Positions 1 to 9,549 of a stretch of DNA of 64,000 nucleotides are shown here, piece after piece (the stretch's first letter is position 1; each line of letters starts with the position of its first letter). The DNA is from an uncultured Alphaproteobacteria bacterium (lineage in GTDB: Bacteria > Pseudomonadota > Alphaproteobacteria > Rhizobiales > Xanthobacteraceae): assembly GCA_963823135.1 (NCBI GenBank), contig CAWGKB010000003.1:414289-478288 (forward strand). The letters run 5' to 3'. The position numbers and the translations under genes are program-made. The notes under the pieces were generated by a model. The model did no database searches, was not told where the DNA came from, and saw only the letters and a list, made by a program, of their open reading frames with translations.

Positions 1-2032
1 CAGCTTTCGCACCATGTCGGGCCGCGATGTGACGCTGCATATCTATGTGGAGCCGGGCAAGGAAGAACGCTGCTTCTACGCCATGGACAGCCTCAAGCGC
101 GCCATGCGCTGGGACGAACAGGTGTTCGGGCGCGAGTACGATCTCGACATTTTCATGATCGTCGCCGTCTCCGCCTTCAATATGGGGGCGATGGAGAACA
201 AAGGCCTCAACATCTTCAACGACAAATATGTCTTGGCCTCGCCGGCCACCGCGACCGACACCGACTACGCCCATATCGAGGCGGTGATCGCCCACGAATA
301 TTTCCACAACTGGACCGGCGACCGCATCACCTGCCGCGATTGGTTTCAGCTTTGCCTGAAGGAAGGGCTGACGGTCTTTCGTGACGAGGAGTTTTCCGCC
401 GATCAGCGCTCGCGCGCGGTGGAGCGGATCGGCGACGTGCGGGCGCTGCGCTCACACCAGTTCGTCGAGGACGCCGGTCCCCTCGCCCATCCGGTGCGGC
501 CCGAGCTCTATCACGAGATCAACAACTTCTACACCACTACGGTCTACGACAAAGGCGGCGAAGTCGTGCGCATGATCCAGGTCCTGCTCGGGCCGGATCT
601 GTTTCGCAAGGGCATGGACCTCTATTTCGACCGGCACGACGGCGAGGCGGCGACCGTCGAGCAGTTCGTGCAATGCTTCGCCGACGTCTCGGGCCGCGAC
701 TTCTCGCAATTCATGCTGTGGTACACTCAAGCCGGCACGCCGGAAGTGTCGGTAGCGCCGCACTACGACGCGCACGCCAAGACCTACCGGCTCGACATCA
801 CCCAGACGGTGCCGCCGACGCCAGGCCAGCCGGACAAAAAGCCGATGGTCATCCCGCTTGCCGTCGGACTGGTCGGCAAGGACGGCGGCGATCTGCCGCT
901 CGCGCTCAACGGCGGCGTGCTGCCGCGCGGCGTATTGGAAATGACCGCGCCAGCCCAAAGCTTCGTCTTTACCGGTGTCAGCGAACCGCCGATCCCCTCG
1001 ATCAATCGCGGTTTTTCGGCACCGATCAAGCTCGGGCTGCCGATCGAGCCGAGCGAACTTCGCTTCCTTGCCGCGCACGATCGCGACCCATTCAATCGCT
1101 GGCAGGCGGCGCAGACGCTGGCGATGTCGCTTCTGACCGACAATGTCGCGGCCGTGCGCAACAACGTATCGACCCGCGAAGACGATGGCCTTGCGCATGC
1201 ACTGGGCGCGATCCTCGCCGATCCGGCCCTGGAGCCGGCTTTCATGGCGCTGACGCTCACGCCGCCGAGCGAGCCCGACATCGCGCGCGAGATCGGGCGA
1301 GACGTCGATCCCGACGCTATCTTTGCCGCGCGGCGGCACTTGCGCGCGGCGATCGGCCGGCGGCTCGGCGCCGCGCTGGCGGAAACCTACCGGCGCATGA
1401 TCACGCCCGGCCCCTATCGCCCGGACGCCGAGAGCGCCGGCCGGCGCGCGCTCAAGAATGTTTGCCTCGGCCTGTTGGCGGCAACCGAGGACGAGGCGGC
1501 CATCAAGCTGGCGCTCGCCCAGTATAGCGGTGCCGACAATATGACCGACCGCATGGCGGCGCTCGACATCCTTTCGCTCCATGATCGACCCGAGCGGTCG
1601 CAGGCGTTGGACGATTTCTACAAACGTTACGCCGACGATCCGCTGATCATCGACAAGTGGCTGGCGCTGCAAGCAGCGATTCCGGAGCCGGCGACGCTCG
1701 ATCGCGTCCGCGCTTTGACCACGCATCCGGCTTTCTCCATGGCCAATCCGAACCGCGTGCGCGCGCTGATCGGCTCGTTCGCCCAGGTCAATCACACCCA
1801 GTTCAACCGGGTCGATGGTACTGGTTACGATTTCATCGCCGACGCGGTGCTCGGGCTCGATCCGAAGAATCCGCAAGTCGCGGCGCGGCTGATGGGCGCG
1901 TTCCGCTCCTGGCGGGCGCTCGAGCCGAAACGACGGGCGGCCGCGGAAGCAAGCTTGCGCCGTGTCGCCGCCGCGCCGGCGCTGTCGCGCGACGTCCACG
2001 ATATCGTCGCGCGCACGCTCGCGGATAGCTGA
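1..2032 (+). CDS. pepN: Aminopeptidase N (M1 family), 5' end cut by window edge
   Basis: GAMEN exopeptidase motif and HEYFHNWTGD (HExxH) zinc motif near the N-terminus of the ORF. The frame stays open back to base 2, so the true start lies upstream of the window. Confidence 0.9.
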   Translation, partial: SFRTMSGRDVTLHIYVEPGKEERCFYAMDSLKRAMRWDEQVFGREYDLDIFMIVAVSAFNMGAMENKGLNIFNDKYVLASPATATDTDYAHIEAVIAHEYFHNWTGDRITCRDWFQLCLKEGLTVFRDEEFSADQRSRAVERIGDVRALRSHQFVEDAGPLAHPVRPELYHEINNFYTTTVYDKGGEVVRMIQVLLGPDLFRKGMDLYFDRHDGEAATVEQFVQCFADVSGRDFSQFMLWYTQAGTPEVSVAPHYDAHAKTYRLDITQTVPPTPGQPDKKPMVIPLAVGLVGKDGGDLPLALNGGVLPRGVLEMTAPAQSFVFTGVSEPPIPSINRGFSAPIKLGLPIEPSELRFLAAHDRDPFNRWQAAQTLAMSLLTDNVAAVRNNVSTREDDGLAHALGAILADPALEPAFMALTLTPPSEPDIAREIGRDVDPDAIFAARRHLRAAIGRRLGAALAETYRRMITPGPYRPDAESAGRRALKNVCLGLLAATEDEAAIKLALAQYSGADNMTDRMAALDILSLHDRPERSQALDDFYKRYADDPLIIDKWLALQAAIPEPATLDRVRALTTHPAFSMANPNRVRALIGSFAQVNHTQFNRVDGTGYDFIADAVLGLDPKNPQVAARLMGAFRSWRALEPKRRAAAEASLRRVAAAPALSRDVHDIVARTLADS

Positions 2033-2085
2033 GCGACGGCGCGGTCGGACCTAACCGGCGCTCATTTCCCGTTGCCGCAGTCAGA

Positions 2086-2099
2086 TTGATCTGCATCAA
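2086..2099. promoter_or_regulatory. FNR/FixK/NnrR-type box TTGATCTGCATCAA (TTGAT-N4-ATCAA)
   Basis: Perfect palindromic match to the CRP/FNR-family consensus, about 120-135 bp upstream of the nirK ATG at 2221. Confidence 0.6.
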
Positions 2100-2220
2100 C
2101 GCCTGCCGCGCCGATGCGACACATGGTTGTAACCACCGAGCCTATTAGCTTTGGGCGTGTTCGTGTGCGGCGCCCGCTGCGCGCGATCGTTGGCAGGATC
2201 GAAACGCCGGGGAGCGATCT

Positions 2221-4317
2221 ATGTGGGAGACGGTGCGCGCGAAGTCGCGCGAATGGTATATCGTTATCATCGGTGCGTGCTTGATTGCGGGCGGCTTTTT
2301 CCTCGCCTCGCACCAGCCGTCATCGACGGCGCGATCTTCGACCGCACCATCGGCGGTGGCTCAAGTCGAGGAATCGCGGCCATCTCAAGCCCTTGACGCT
2401 GCGCTGCCGGCCGCCGCTCCCAAGCCTCCCGCCGCACTGGCGAAGACCGAGCACGCACCTTCTTCGGCTGCGCCTGTTGCAATTGCCGGCCACCCAGAAC
2501 TTGCCGCCCGATGTTCTCCGGCGGCAGCCGAACAACGCGATCTGTCACGCGTCGTAGCTGCCGCCGATGCGCAAACGAGCGCGGCGGCTCAGCCCACCGC
2601 GGCACTCGCGCCGGCCGGCGGCGATCCGGCGGCGGGCCGGCTAGTGTTTCGAAAATGCCAGGCTTGCCATTCGATGGAGCCGGGCAAAGCGATTCTCGGC
2701 CCTTCGCTCGCCGGCATCATCGGACGCAAAGCCGGCTCCGAAGCCGGCTACAATTATTCGCCGGCGCTTAAGCAGGCCAACATTGTGTGGGATGCCAAAA
2801 CGCTTGATGCTTATCTGAGCGACCCGCAGAAATTCATCCCGGGAAACAAGATGCCCTTCCCGGGGCTCAAGACTGATCATGATCGCGCCGATATCATCGC
2901 CTTCTTTGTCGCAGCTGCCGGCGGCGGCGGTGCTCCACCGGCCGCAGCCGCCGCGCCACCGGCCGCCACGGCGCAACAAACGCCGGCGCCCAATCAACCG
3001 GCGCAAGCTGCGCCCAACGCTGACGCCAGCTATATCTCATCAGACGCCAAATACACCCTGCGTTCGGGTATTGCGGAAGGCCGCATGGTCTATGTCGGCG
3101 TCGGCGGTTCGATCGACGGCAAGGTCAATCCGGTGTTGACGGCCGTTGCGGGGCAGGTGGTCGAACTCACCTTGATCAATGGCGAGGGCGCGGAGCATGA
3201 CATCGTCTTCCCCGACCAAAACGCCAAGTCGCCGCGGGTGACGGGAAAAGGATCAAGTACCACCATCGCATTTCGCGCCGAGAAATCGGGCGACTTCATC
3301 TATTTCTGCGGCGTCCCCGGACATCAGCTCGCAGGCATGCAGGGCCAATTCATCGTCACGTCGCGGCCCCCGCCGCAGACGCTGGTCGAAGCCGACATCT
3401 CGCGCGAGCCGACCGACTTGCCGCCGCCGATCGGCAAGCGTGAACCGCAGACCGTCCGCGTCGATCTCTTAAGTGTGGAGGTGGAAGGGCGATTGGCGGA
3501 GGGAACCACATTTGGCTATTGGACGTTCAACGGCAAGGTTCCAGCGCCGTTCATTCGCGTGAGAGTTGGCGATACCGTCGATATTCACCTGAAAAATTCC
3601 GCCGATAGTGCGATGATTCATTCGGTCGACTTCCACGCCACGACCGGACCGGGCGGCGGCGCCGCCGCTTTGCAGGTGGACCCAGGAAAAGAAAAGTCGA
3701 TGACTTGGAAAGCGCTGGTGCCGGGTCTTTTCGTCTACCATTGTGCCACACCGATGGTGTCCGAGCATATCGCCAACGGCATGTATGGTCTCATCCTGGT
3801 CGAGCCGGAGGACGGACTGCCGCCGGTCGATCGCGAGTTCTATGTCATGCAGGGTGAAATCTACACCGACGTCCCCTACGGCCAGCACGGCAGCGCCGAA
3901 TTCAGCGTCGAGAAATTGTTGAACGAACGCCCGGAATATTTCGTCTTCAATGGCTCGGTCGGCGCGCTCACCAAATTGCATCCGCTCCACGCCAAAGTCG
4001 GCGAGACCGTGCGCATCTTCTTCGGCGTCGGCGGCCCGAATTTCACCTCGTCGTTCCATGTGATCGGCGAGATTTTCGACAGGGTCTACGCGCTGGGCGG
4101 CGTGCTCTCGACACCGCTCGAAGGTATTCAAACAACCAGCGTCGCGCCGGGCGGTGCGGTGATCGTCGAATTCAAGACCAAGGTGCCGGGTAGTTACACG
4201 CTGGTTGACCATGCGCTCGCTCGCGCCGAACGTGGACTGCTCGGCGTCCTGCGCGTTGAAGGCCCGCCGAATCCCGAAATCTATAACGGCGAAGTGATGT
4301 CGGGCATGGGCCACTAG
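2221..4317 (+). CDS. nirK: Copper-containing nitrite reductase with N-terminal TM helix, cytochrome c and cupredoxin domains (four-domain NirK)
   Basis: Reading N- to C-terminus: a TM segment (WYIVIIGACLIAGGFFLA); Ala/Pro-rich linkers; a CQACH heme c site with a downstream NKMPF Met ligand; a cupredoxin segment (EHDIVF ... YFCGVPGHQLAGMQG); and a NirK core (HSVDFHATTGPGGG, VYHCATPMVSEHIANGMYG). Confidence 0.9.
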   Translation: MWETVRAKSREWYIVIIGACLIAGGFFLASHQPSSTARSSTAPSAVAQVEESRPSQALDAALPAAAPKPPAALAKTEHAPSSAAPVAIAGHPELAARCSPAAAEQRDLSRVVAAADAQTSAAAQPTAALAPAGGDPAAGRLVFRKCQACHSMEPGKAILGPSLAGIIGRKAGSEAGYNYSPALKQANIVWDAKTLDAYLSDPQKFIPGNKMPFPGLKTDHDRADIIAFFVAAAGGGGAPPAAAAAPPAATAQQTPAPNQPAQAAPNADASYISSDAKYTLRSGIAEGRMVYVGVGGSIDGKVNPVLTAVAGQVVELTLINGEGAEHDIVFPDQNAKSPRVTGKGSSTTIAFRAEKSGDFIYFCGVPGHQLAGMQGQFIVTSRPPPQTLVEADISREPTDLPPPIGKREPQTVRVDLLSVEVEGRLAEGTTFGYWTFNGKVPAPFIRVRVGDTVDIHLKNSADSAMIHSVDFHATTGPGGGAAALQVDPGKEKSMTWKALVPGLFVYHCATPMVSEHIANGMYGLILVEPEDGLPPVDREFYVMQGEIYTDVPYGQHGSAEFSVEKLLNERPEYFVFNGSVGALTKLHPLHAKVGETVRIFFGVGGPNFTSSFHVIGEIFDRVYALGGVLSTPLEGIQTTSVAPGGAVIVEFKTKVPGSYTLVDHALARAERGLLGVLRVEGPPNPEIYNGEVMSGMGH

Positions 4318-4319
4318 GA

Positions 4320-5528
4320 TTGATCATGGCTGCGCCTGCCGCCCTTCGCCGACGTCTCGACTATGTCGGCCCGGCGATTTTTTCCTACGGCTTTCGGCCG
4401 TTTTTCCTCGGCGGGGCGATCTGGGCGGCGCTGAGCATCCTGCTATGGCTGCCGCAATATTTCGGCGACCTCGCTTTGCCCACGGCGTTTAGCCCGCTCG
4501 ACTGGCACATCCACGAGATGATCTATGGCTATGTCGCCGCCGTGATCGCCGGTTTTCTTCTCACCGCAATTCCCAATTGGACGGGGCGCCTGCCGGTCAA
4601 TGGCTATCCGCTGGCCGCATTGTTTGCACTATGGCTTGCAGGCCGCGTAGCGATTGCCGGCTCCACAATCTGGGGCGCCTGGCTCGCCGCCGCGATCGAC
4701 GTTGCCTTTCTTCTCACGTTCGCGGTGGTGGCCATCAGTGAGATCGTCGCCGGCCGGAATTGGCGCAATCTTCGTGTTCTGATCGTGCTCGGCGTGCTGA
4801 TCGCCGGCAATATGGTTTTTCACATTGAAGCCATCCGCTACGGAGCCGCCGATTACGGCATCCGTATCGGCATTGCCGCACTGATCGGATTGATCATGCT
4901 GGTGGGTGGACGCATCGTGCCGAGCTTCACCCACAATTGGCTGGCGCGGAATAATCCGGGGCGGCTGCCACAAGCATTCTCGCGCTACGACGCAGCGACG
5001 ATCGGCGTGAGCACGTTGGCGCTGGTGTCCTGGATCGCCCTCCCCCAATCCGCTCTATCCGGAATATTGCTGATCATTGCTGGCGTGCTGCAGGCCATTC
5101 GTCATCTGCGCTGGGCCGGCGATCGGACGCTCGCCGATCGTCTGGTCCTTGTGCTCCATGTTGCGTATGCCTTTGTGCCGATCGGTTTCCTGCTGATCGG
5201 CGCGGCCGCTCTGTGGCCCTCGATCTGGCCGACCAGCGCCGGTATTCATGCCTGGACCGCCGGTGCCGTCGGTCTGATGACGCTTGCGGTCATGACGCGC
5301 GCGAGCCTTGGCCATACCGGGCAGCCACTCGTCGCCGCGGCGCCGACCCAAGCGATCTATTTGTGCGCCTTCATCGCCGCGCTCACCCGCATCATCGCGG
5401 CATTCGAGCCGTCGGTCGCGCTCTTTTACGCCGCCGGATTTGCCTGGTTCCTGGCATTCGGCGGCTTCGCGGTCTTCTTTGGTCCGCTGCTGGCGGGGCG
5501 CCCGCCGATTTGGAGCAGCCGGACATAA
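4320..5528 (+). CDS. nnrS: NnrS family heme-copper membrane protein (NO stress)
   Basis: About 400 aa and polytopic, roughly 12 hydrophobic segments. N-terminal FRPFFLGGAIWA is typical of NnrS. It starts 3 nt after the nirK stop. The listed start is TTG at 4320; an ATG at 4326 is an alternative. Confidence 0.8.
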   Translation: MIMAAPAALRRRLDYVGPAIFSYGFRPFFLGGAIWAALSILLWLPQYFGDLALPTAFSPLDWHIHEMIYGYVAAVIAGFLLTAIPNWTGRLPVNGYPLAALFALWLAGRVAIAGSTIWGAWLAAAIDVAFLLTFAVVAISEIVAGRNWRNLRVLIVLGVLIAGNMVFHIEAIRYGAADYGIRIGIAALIGLIMLVGGRIVPSFTHNWLARNNPGRLPQAFSRYDAATIGVSTLALVSWIALPQSALSGILLIIAGVLQAIRHLRWAGDRTLADRLVLVLHVAYAFVPIGFLLIGAAALWPSIWPTSAGIHAWTAGAVGLMTLAVMTRASLGHTGQPLVAAAPTQAIYLCAFIAALTRIIAAFEPSVALFYAAGFAWFLAFGGFAVFFGPLLAGRPPIWSSRT

Positions 5529-5626
5529 CTGCAGTCGGCGCGCTTAGGTTGTTTGCATATCGCGCCGGCAATGCCGACATAGAGTCTTCGCGCCATTTAC
5601 GGACGATCGCACCCTTGGGTCAGGCC

Positions 5627-6451
5627 ATGCTGACGACGACCGACACGCTGACGACGGCCGAAATTCCGCAAGCCGCCAGAACCCGCAAGCGGGTCAGGGC
5701 GCTGTTGCTGAGCGATCGCATCGACACGGCGAACCTCGAACACGACGGCGTGGTGTCGATGGCTCCGCTGACTTTTAAATGTGGCGCTGACGGATTGGTC
5801 ACCTTGTTTCGTTATGGCGTCGCGGTGCTGATGGGGCTTACCGCGGCGGAGGAAGAGGAGGTGCTGCGCACCTTGCGGCCGCGCTTGATCCGTCCGGTGG
5901 CGCCGTCCGAGGAAGAATCCGTCCAGGTCGAGATCATCCCCGACAAGGACGATCAAATCCTGCCCGGCGGACCGATCGCGCTGAAAAAGCTGACCCCGGA
6001 CCACCTGATCGTCATTGCCGATGCGCTGTCGAAAAGCGTGGTGCTGGCGCGCGACGAGCGGGAGGTGGCCTCCGTGTTCGACCGGGTCGAGCCCTTTGCC
6101 CGGCAGCTTGCCGAGGGCGGCCGCGCCGCCGACGGACGGCGCTCGATCCTAAAGATCATCGGCAACGCGCTGTTGGTGCAGCATCGCGTTTCCGGCCGTG
6201 CCGCCGTCGCGGAGAAGCCGGACGTGGTCTGGGACCGTCCCGATCTGGATCGTCTCTATGCGCGGCTGGAGGACGAGTACGAGCTCAAGGAACGCGCCGA
6301 GACGCTCACCCGCAAGCTGGCGGTGATCTCCGATACCGCTGAAGTTCTCACCGATATCATCGATACCCGCCGATCGTTGCGGCTCGAAATCGTCATCGTG
6401 GTTTTGATCGCGGTCGAACTCGTGGTTGCCGCGTATCAGACTTTGCACTGA
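5627..6451 (+). CDS. RMD1/DUF155 family protein with C-terminal TM helix
   Basis: The ATG at 5627 is in frame with ORF 5213..6451. The upstream part of that ORF overlaps nnrS and was rejected. The YGVAVLMGL..EEEE..L core and terminal EIVIVVLIAVELVVAAY helix are typical of DUF155. Confidence 0.6.
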   Translation: MLTTTDTLTTAEIPQAARTRKRVRALLLSDRIDTANLEHDGVVSMAPLTFKCGADGLVTLFRYGVAVLMGLTAAEEEEVLRTLRPRLIRPVAPSEEESVQVEIIPDKDDQILPGGPIALKKLTPDHLIVIADALSKSVVLARDEREVASVFDRVEPFARQLAEGGRAADGRRSILKIIGNALLVQHRVSGRAAVAEKPDVVWDRPDLDRLYARLEDEYELKERAETLTRKLAVISDTAEVLTDIIDTRRSLRLEIVIVVLIAVELVVAAYQTLH

Positions 6452-6454
6452 CGA

Positions 6455-6527
6455 GAGCATGATCCCGAAAAAGCCTGCGCCGGACTTGATCCGGCGTGGA
6501 AACCGGCTTTCGGAAAAGATCATGCGC
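6455..6527. repeat. REP-like palindromic element, long form (GAGCATGATC ... GATCATGC)
   Basis: Terminal inverted GCATGATC/GATCATGC. Related in reverse orientation to 49388..49460; short-form copies are at 48782..48830 and 52748..52796. Confidence 0.6.
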
Positions 6528-6740
6528 AAACGAAACATCCAGCTAGTTATTTGATTTGACTCGCGCTTTGGCGCGCCCTTTGCGCGGCTACAAATAAAGT
6601 CCGGGATAAAGCGGCAAAAATATTGAACTCGTGACTCTCGACAAATCGATTCGCATCAATTCTTATGATCATGATTCGGAAAGAGATGCGGCACATCCTT
6701 CCAATCGTGGTGGCAGGGGACAGTCCGAGCGGAGGCAGGC

Positions 6741-9095
6741 ATGGCGCGCGCCGACACGGCGAGTGCGTCGCTACAGTCGGATTCTATCCAGGGGTTGGCA
6801 AAATCGATCGCCAAGCCTGCCTACCGCCGGCTGCTGAGCGCTGAGCCGCTGCTGCGCCGCGCTGTCCCGGCACTCATCATCGCCTTCTTGATCACGATCT
6901 GCGTCGGCGCCGCGGTGCAGGTGCTCGAGCAGCGCCGGCTGGTGATGCGTGATGCCCGCTTGGCAGTCGAGGCGCTGGCCGACCAGGTCGCGCTCGGGCT
7001 TGATCATCCGGCGCGGGAGCTGAAAGCCAATTCCGAGCGCACCGCGGCGCTGCTCGAGCGCATCATGCCGGCCTGGGCGGCGGCGCAAGATCGCTTGATC
7101 TTGCTGGCTGATGCCGACGGCACGGTCGTCGCCAGCCTGCCGAACGATCCACAAAAGCTTGGCCGGGCCATTCTCGACTTGCTCGGTCCATCGCAGCCCT
7201 TGACCACGTTCGGCGCCGCCGCCGGAACGCTGGAGATCACGCTGCCGGACGGCGCTCCCGCGCTCGCGACGGTGCGGGCGCTGCACAATCCGCTGGGCGC
7301 CGTCGCCGTCGTGCAGACGGCGAGCGACGCGCTCATCAACTGGCGTGCCACCACCGCGCTGACGGTAACGCTGTCGGCGACTACCGGCTTCGTCGTCTTG
7401 ATCCTTGGTTTCGCCTTCCATTGGCAGGCGACGCGCGCGCGCGAAGCCGACCTCATCCACGATACCGTGCGGGGCCGCATCGATACCGCGCTCAATCGCG
7501 GCCGCTGCGGGCTGTGGGATTGGGACCTGGCGCGCGGACGGGTGTTCTGGTCGCGCTCGATGTTCGACATTCTCGGCCTGCCGGCGCGGGAAGATCTGTT
7601 GACCTTCGGCGAGCTCAACGCGCTGGTGCATCCTGGCGACATCGACCTTTACGGGCTCGCCCGGCAACTCGCCGATGCGCAAGTGCAGTCGATCGACCAC
7701 GCCTTCCGCATGCGCCATGCCGACGGCCGCTGGCTATGGCTGCGGGCGCGGTGCGAATTGGCGCGCCAGGAGGGCGAGACGGGGCTGCATCTGATCGGTA
7801 TCGCCGTCGACGTGTCGGAACAGAAGAATCTGGTCGAGCGGACCACGGCGGCTGATTTGCGGCTTCGCGACGCCATCGAGACTATTCCGGAAGCGTTCGT
7901 TTTGTGGGACGCCGACAATCGCCTGGTGCTGTGCAACTCCAACTTCCAGGAACTGCACCGCCTGCCGGATGTGGCGGTCGCCCCCGGCACGCCCTACGAA
8001 GCGGTGGTGGCGGCGGGAACCAAGCCGATCATCCGCACCACCAGCATCACCGACGATGGCCAGCCGCAAGGCGCGCGCACCTTCGAGGCGCAACTGACCG
8101 ACGGCCGCTGGATGCATATCAGCGAACGCCGCACCAAGGACGGCGGCTACGTCTCCGTCGGCACCGATATCACCAAGATCAAGCAGCATGAGCAGAAGCT
8201 CATCGAAGGCGAGAAACGGCGGATCGCGACCATCAACGACCTGCGCCACTCACAGCAGACGTTGGAGCGGCAGACCGATGAACTCGCCGATCTGGCGGAA
8301 AAATACGCCGACGAAAAAACCCGCGCCGAGGAAGCCAACCAGGCGAAGTCGAAATTCCTCGCCAATATGAGCCACGAGCTGCGCACACCGCTCAACGCCA
8401 TCATCGGCTTTTCGGAAATCATGGAATCGGCGATGTTCGGCCCGCTGGGCGCGGAAAAATACACCGAATACTCGCGCGACATTCGCGAAAGCGGCCAGTA
8501 TCTGCTCGACGTCATCAATGATATCCTCGACATGTCGAAGATCGAGGCCGGCAGCGTTCACTTCACGCCGGAAACCGTCGAGCTCGATCATATTCTCGCC
8601 GACAGCCTGCGCGTGGTCGGCGGCCGCGCCAGCGAAAAGCGCCTGACGCTGAACTCGCAGATCGCACCGGGCATCACGCTCAATGCTGACCGCCGTGCGC
8701 TGAAACAGATCGCGCTCAATCTCCTCTCGAACGCCGTGAAGTTCACGCCCGACGGCGGCGCCGTCACGGTGCGCGGGCGAGCGCGAGGCGGCATGGTCAC
8801 CATCGCTATCGAAGACGACGGTATCGGCATTCCCAAAGATGCGCTGCATAAGCTCGGCCGGCCGTTCGAGCAGGTCGAAAGCCAACTGACCAAACGCCAT
8901 CAAGGCTCGGGCCTTGGTCTTGCTATCGCCAAATCGCTGGTCGAGATGCACGGCGGCGCCATGCGTATCCGCTCGGTTCTCGGTTCCGGCACCGCGGTCG
9001 TGGTTCGCCTGCCGCTGGAAGCGGAAACCGCCATGCGGGCCGACCATAGCGTCCCCTCCCCATCCCTCGCCGACTATCACGCGGCGTTGGTGTAG
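6741..9095 (+). CDS. Membrane PAS sensor histidine kinase, PleC/DivJ/PdhS-like
   Basis: HisKA H-box (SHELRTPLNAIIGFSE); MFGPLG..KY.EY..DI..SG.YLL.VINDILDMSKIEAG, characteristic of the PleC/PdhS group; HATPase_c G-boxes (DDGIGI, GSGLGLAI); PAS-like repeats and N-terminal TM segments. Confidence 0.85.
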   Translation: MARADTASASLQSDSIQGLAKSIAKPAYRRLLSAEPLLRRAVPALIIAFLITICVGAAVQVLEQRRLVMRDARLAVEALADQVALGLDHPARELKANSERTAALLERIMPAWAAAQDRLILLADADGTVVASLPNDPQKLGRAILDLLGPSQPLTTFGAAAGTLEITLPDGAPALATVRALHNPLGAVAVVQTASDALINWRATTALTVTLSATTGFVVLILGFAFHWQATRAREADLIHDTVRGRIDTALNRGRCGLWDWDLARGRVFWSRSMFDILGLPAREDLLTFGELNALVHPGDIDLYGLARQLADAQVQSIDHAFRMRHADGRWLWLRARCELARQEGETGLHLIGIAVDVSEQKNLVERTTAADLRLRDAIETIPEAFVLWDADNRLVLCNSNFQELHRLPDVAVAPGTPYEAVVAAGTKPIIRTTSITDDGQPQGARTFEAQLTDGRWMHISERRTKDGGYVSVGTDITKIKQHEQKLIEGEKRRIATINDLRHSQQTLERQTDELADLAEKYADEKTRAEEANQAKSKFLANMSHELRTPLNAIIGFSEIMESAMFGPLGAEKYTEYSRDIRESGQYLLDVINDILDMSKIEAGSVHFTPETVELDHILADSLRVVGGRASEKRLTLNSQIAPGITLNADRRALKQIALNLLSNAVKFTPDGGAVTVRGRARGGMVTIAIEDDGIGIPKDALHKLGRPFEQVESQLTKRHQGSGLGLAIAKSLVEMHGGAMRIRSVLGSGTAVVVRLPLEAETAMRADHSVPSPSLADYHAALV

Positions 9096-9132
9096 TCTCG
9101 CCGCGAACCGAACGGGTTTTCGCGAGGCCATC

Positions 9133-9549
9133 ATGCCGCAGACCATTAGCACCGGCTTTCGGGCGCTCATCGACGCCGCCGAACGCGAGATCGACACGCT
9201 GGCGGTCGAGGACGCGATCGCACTGCACGGCCGCGGCGACGCGATCTTCATCGACGTCCGCGACGCCCGCGAGCTCGAGCGCGAGGGCCGCGTGCCTGGC
9301 GCGTTTCATTGTCCGCGCGGCATGCTCGAATTCTGGATCGATCCGCAAAGTCCGTATCACAAGCCGATCTTTGCTGAGGACAAACGCTTTGTGTTCTTCT
9401 GCGCCGGCGGCTGGCGCTCGGCGCTGGCCGCGCAGACGGCGCACCGCATGGGCCTTCATCCGGTCGCGCATATCAAAGGCGGCTTCGGCGCTTGGCGCAA
9501 AACGGGCGGACCGATGGAAGTCGCCGCCGTCAAAGCCAAATCCGATTAG
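9133..9549 (+). CDS. Rhodanese-like sulfurtransferase domain protein
   Basis: Active-site loop FFCAGGWRS and rhodanese-type FIDVRDARE. The ATG at 9133 is in frame with ORF 8914..9549. Its TAG stop overlaps the glnE stop (TTAG, 9546-9549). Confidence 0.75.
   Translation: MPQTISTGFRALIDAAEREIDTLAVEDAIALHGRGDAIFIDVRDARELEREGRVPGAFHCPRGMLEFWIDPQSPYHKPIFAEDKRFVFFCAGGWRSALAAQTAHRMGLHPVAHIKGGFGAWRKTGGPMEVAAVKAKSD

Noticed and set aside
452-1999. 515-aa ORF antisense to pepN. Similar long antisense or out-of-frame ORFs occur elsewhere, e.g. 18627-20543 opposite ccmF, 43038-44282 opposite the MetE-like gene, 44755-46143 opposite meaB, 36135-37400 and 58998-59780.
   Set aside because: High-GC DNA generates long stop-free antisense frames. 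Their translations are Arg/Ala/Gly/Pro-rich low-complexity sequence with no motifs, while the opposite-strand genes have clear family signatures.
5213-5626. N-terminal extension of the DUF155 ORF overlapping nnrS. The ORF extensions of the RR (16064-16201), degP (17921-18277) and ccmF (20589-20642) are of the same kind.
   Set aside because: The extensions overlap well-supported upstream genes or are low-complexity. The internal starts give canonical N-termini.
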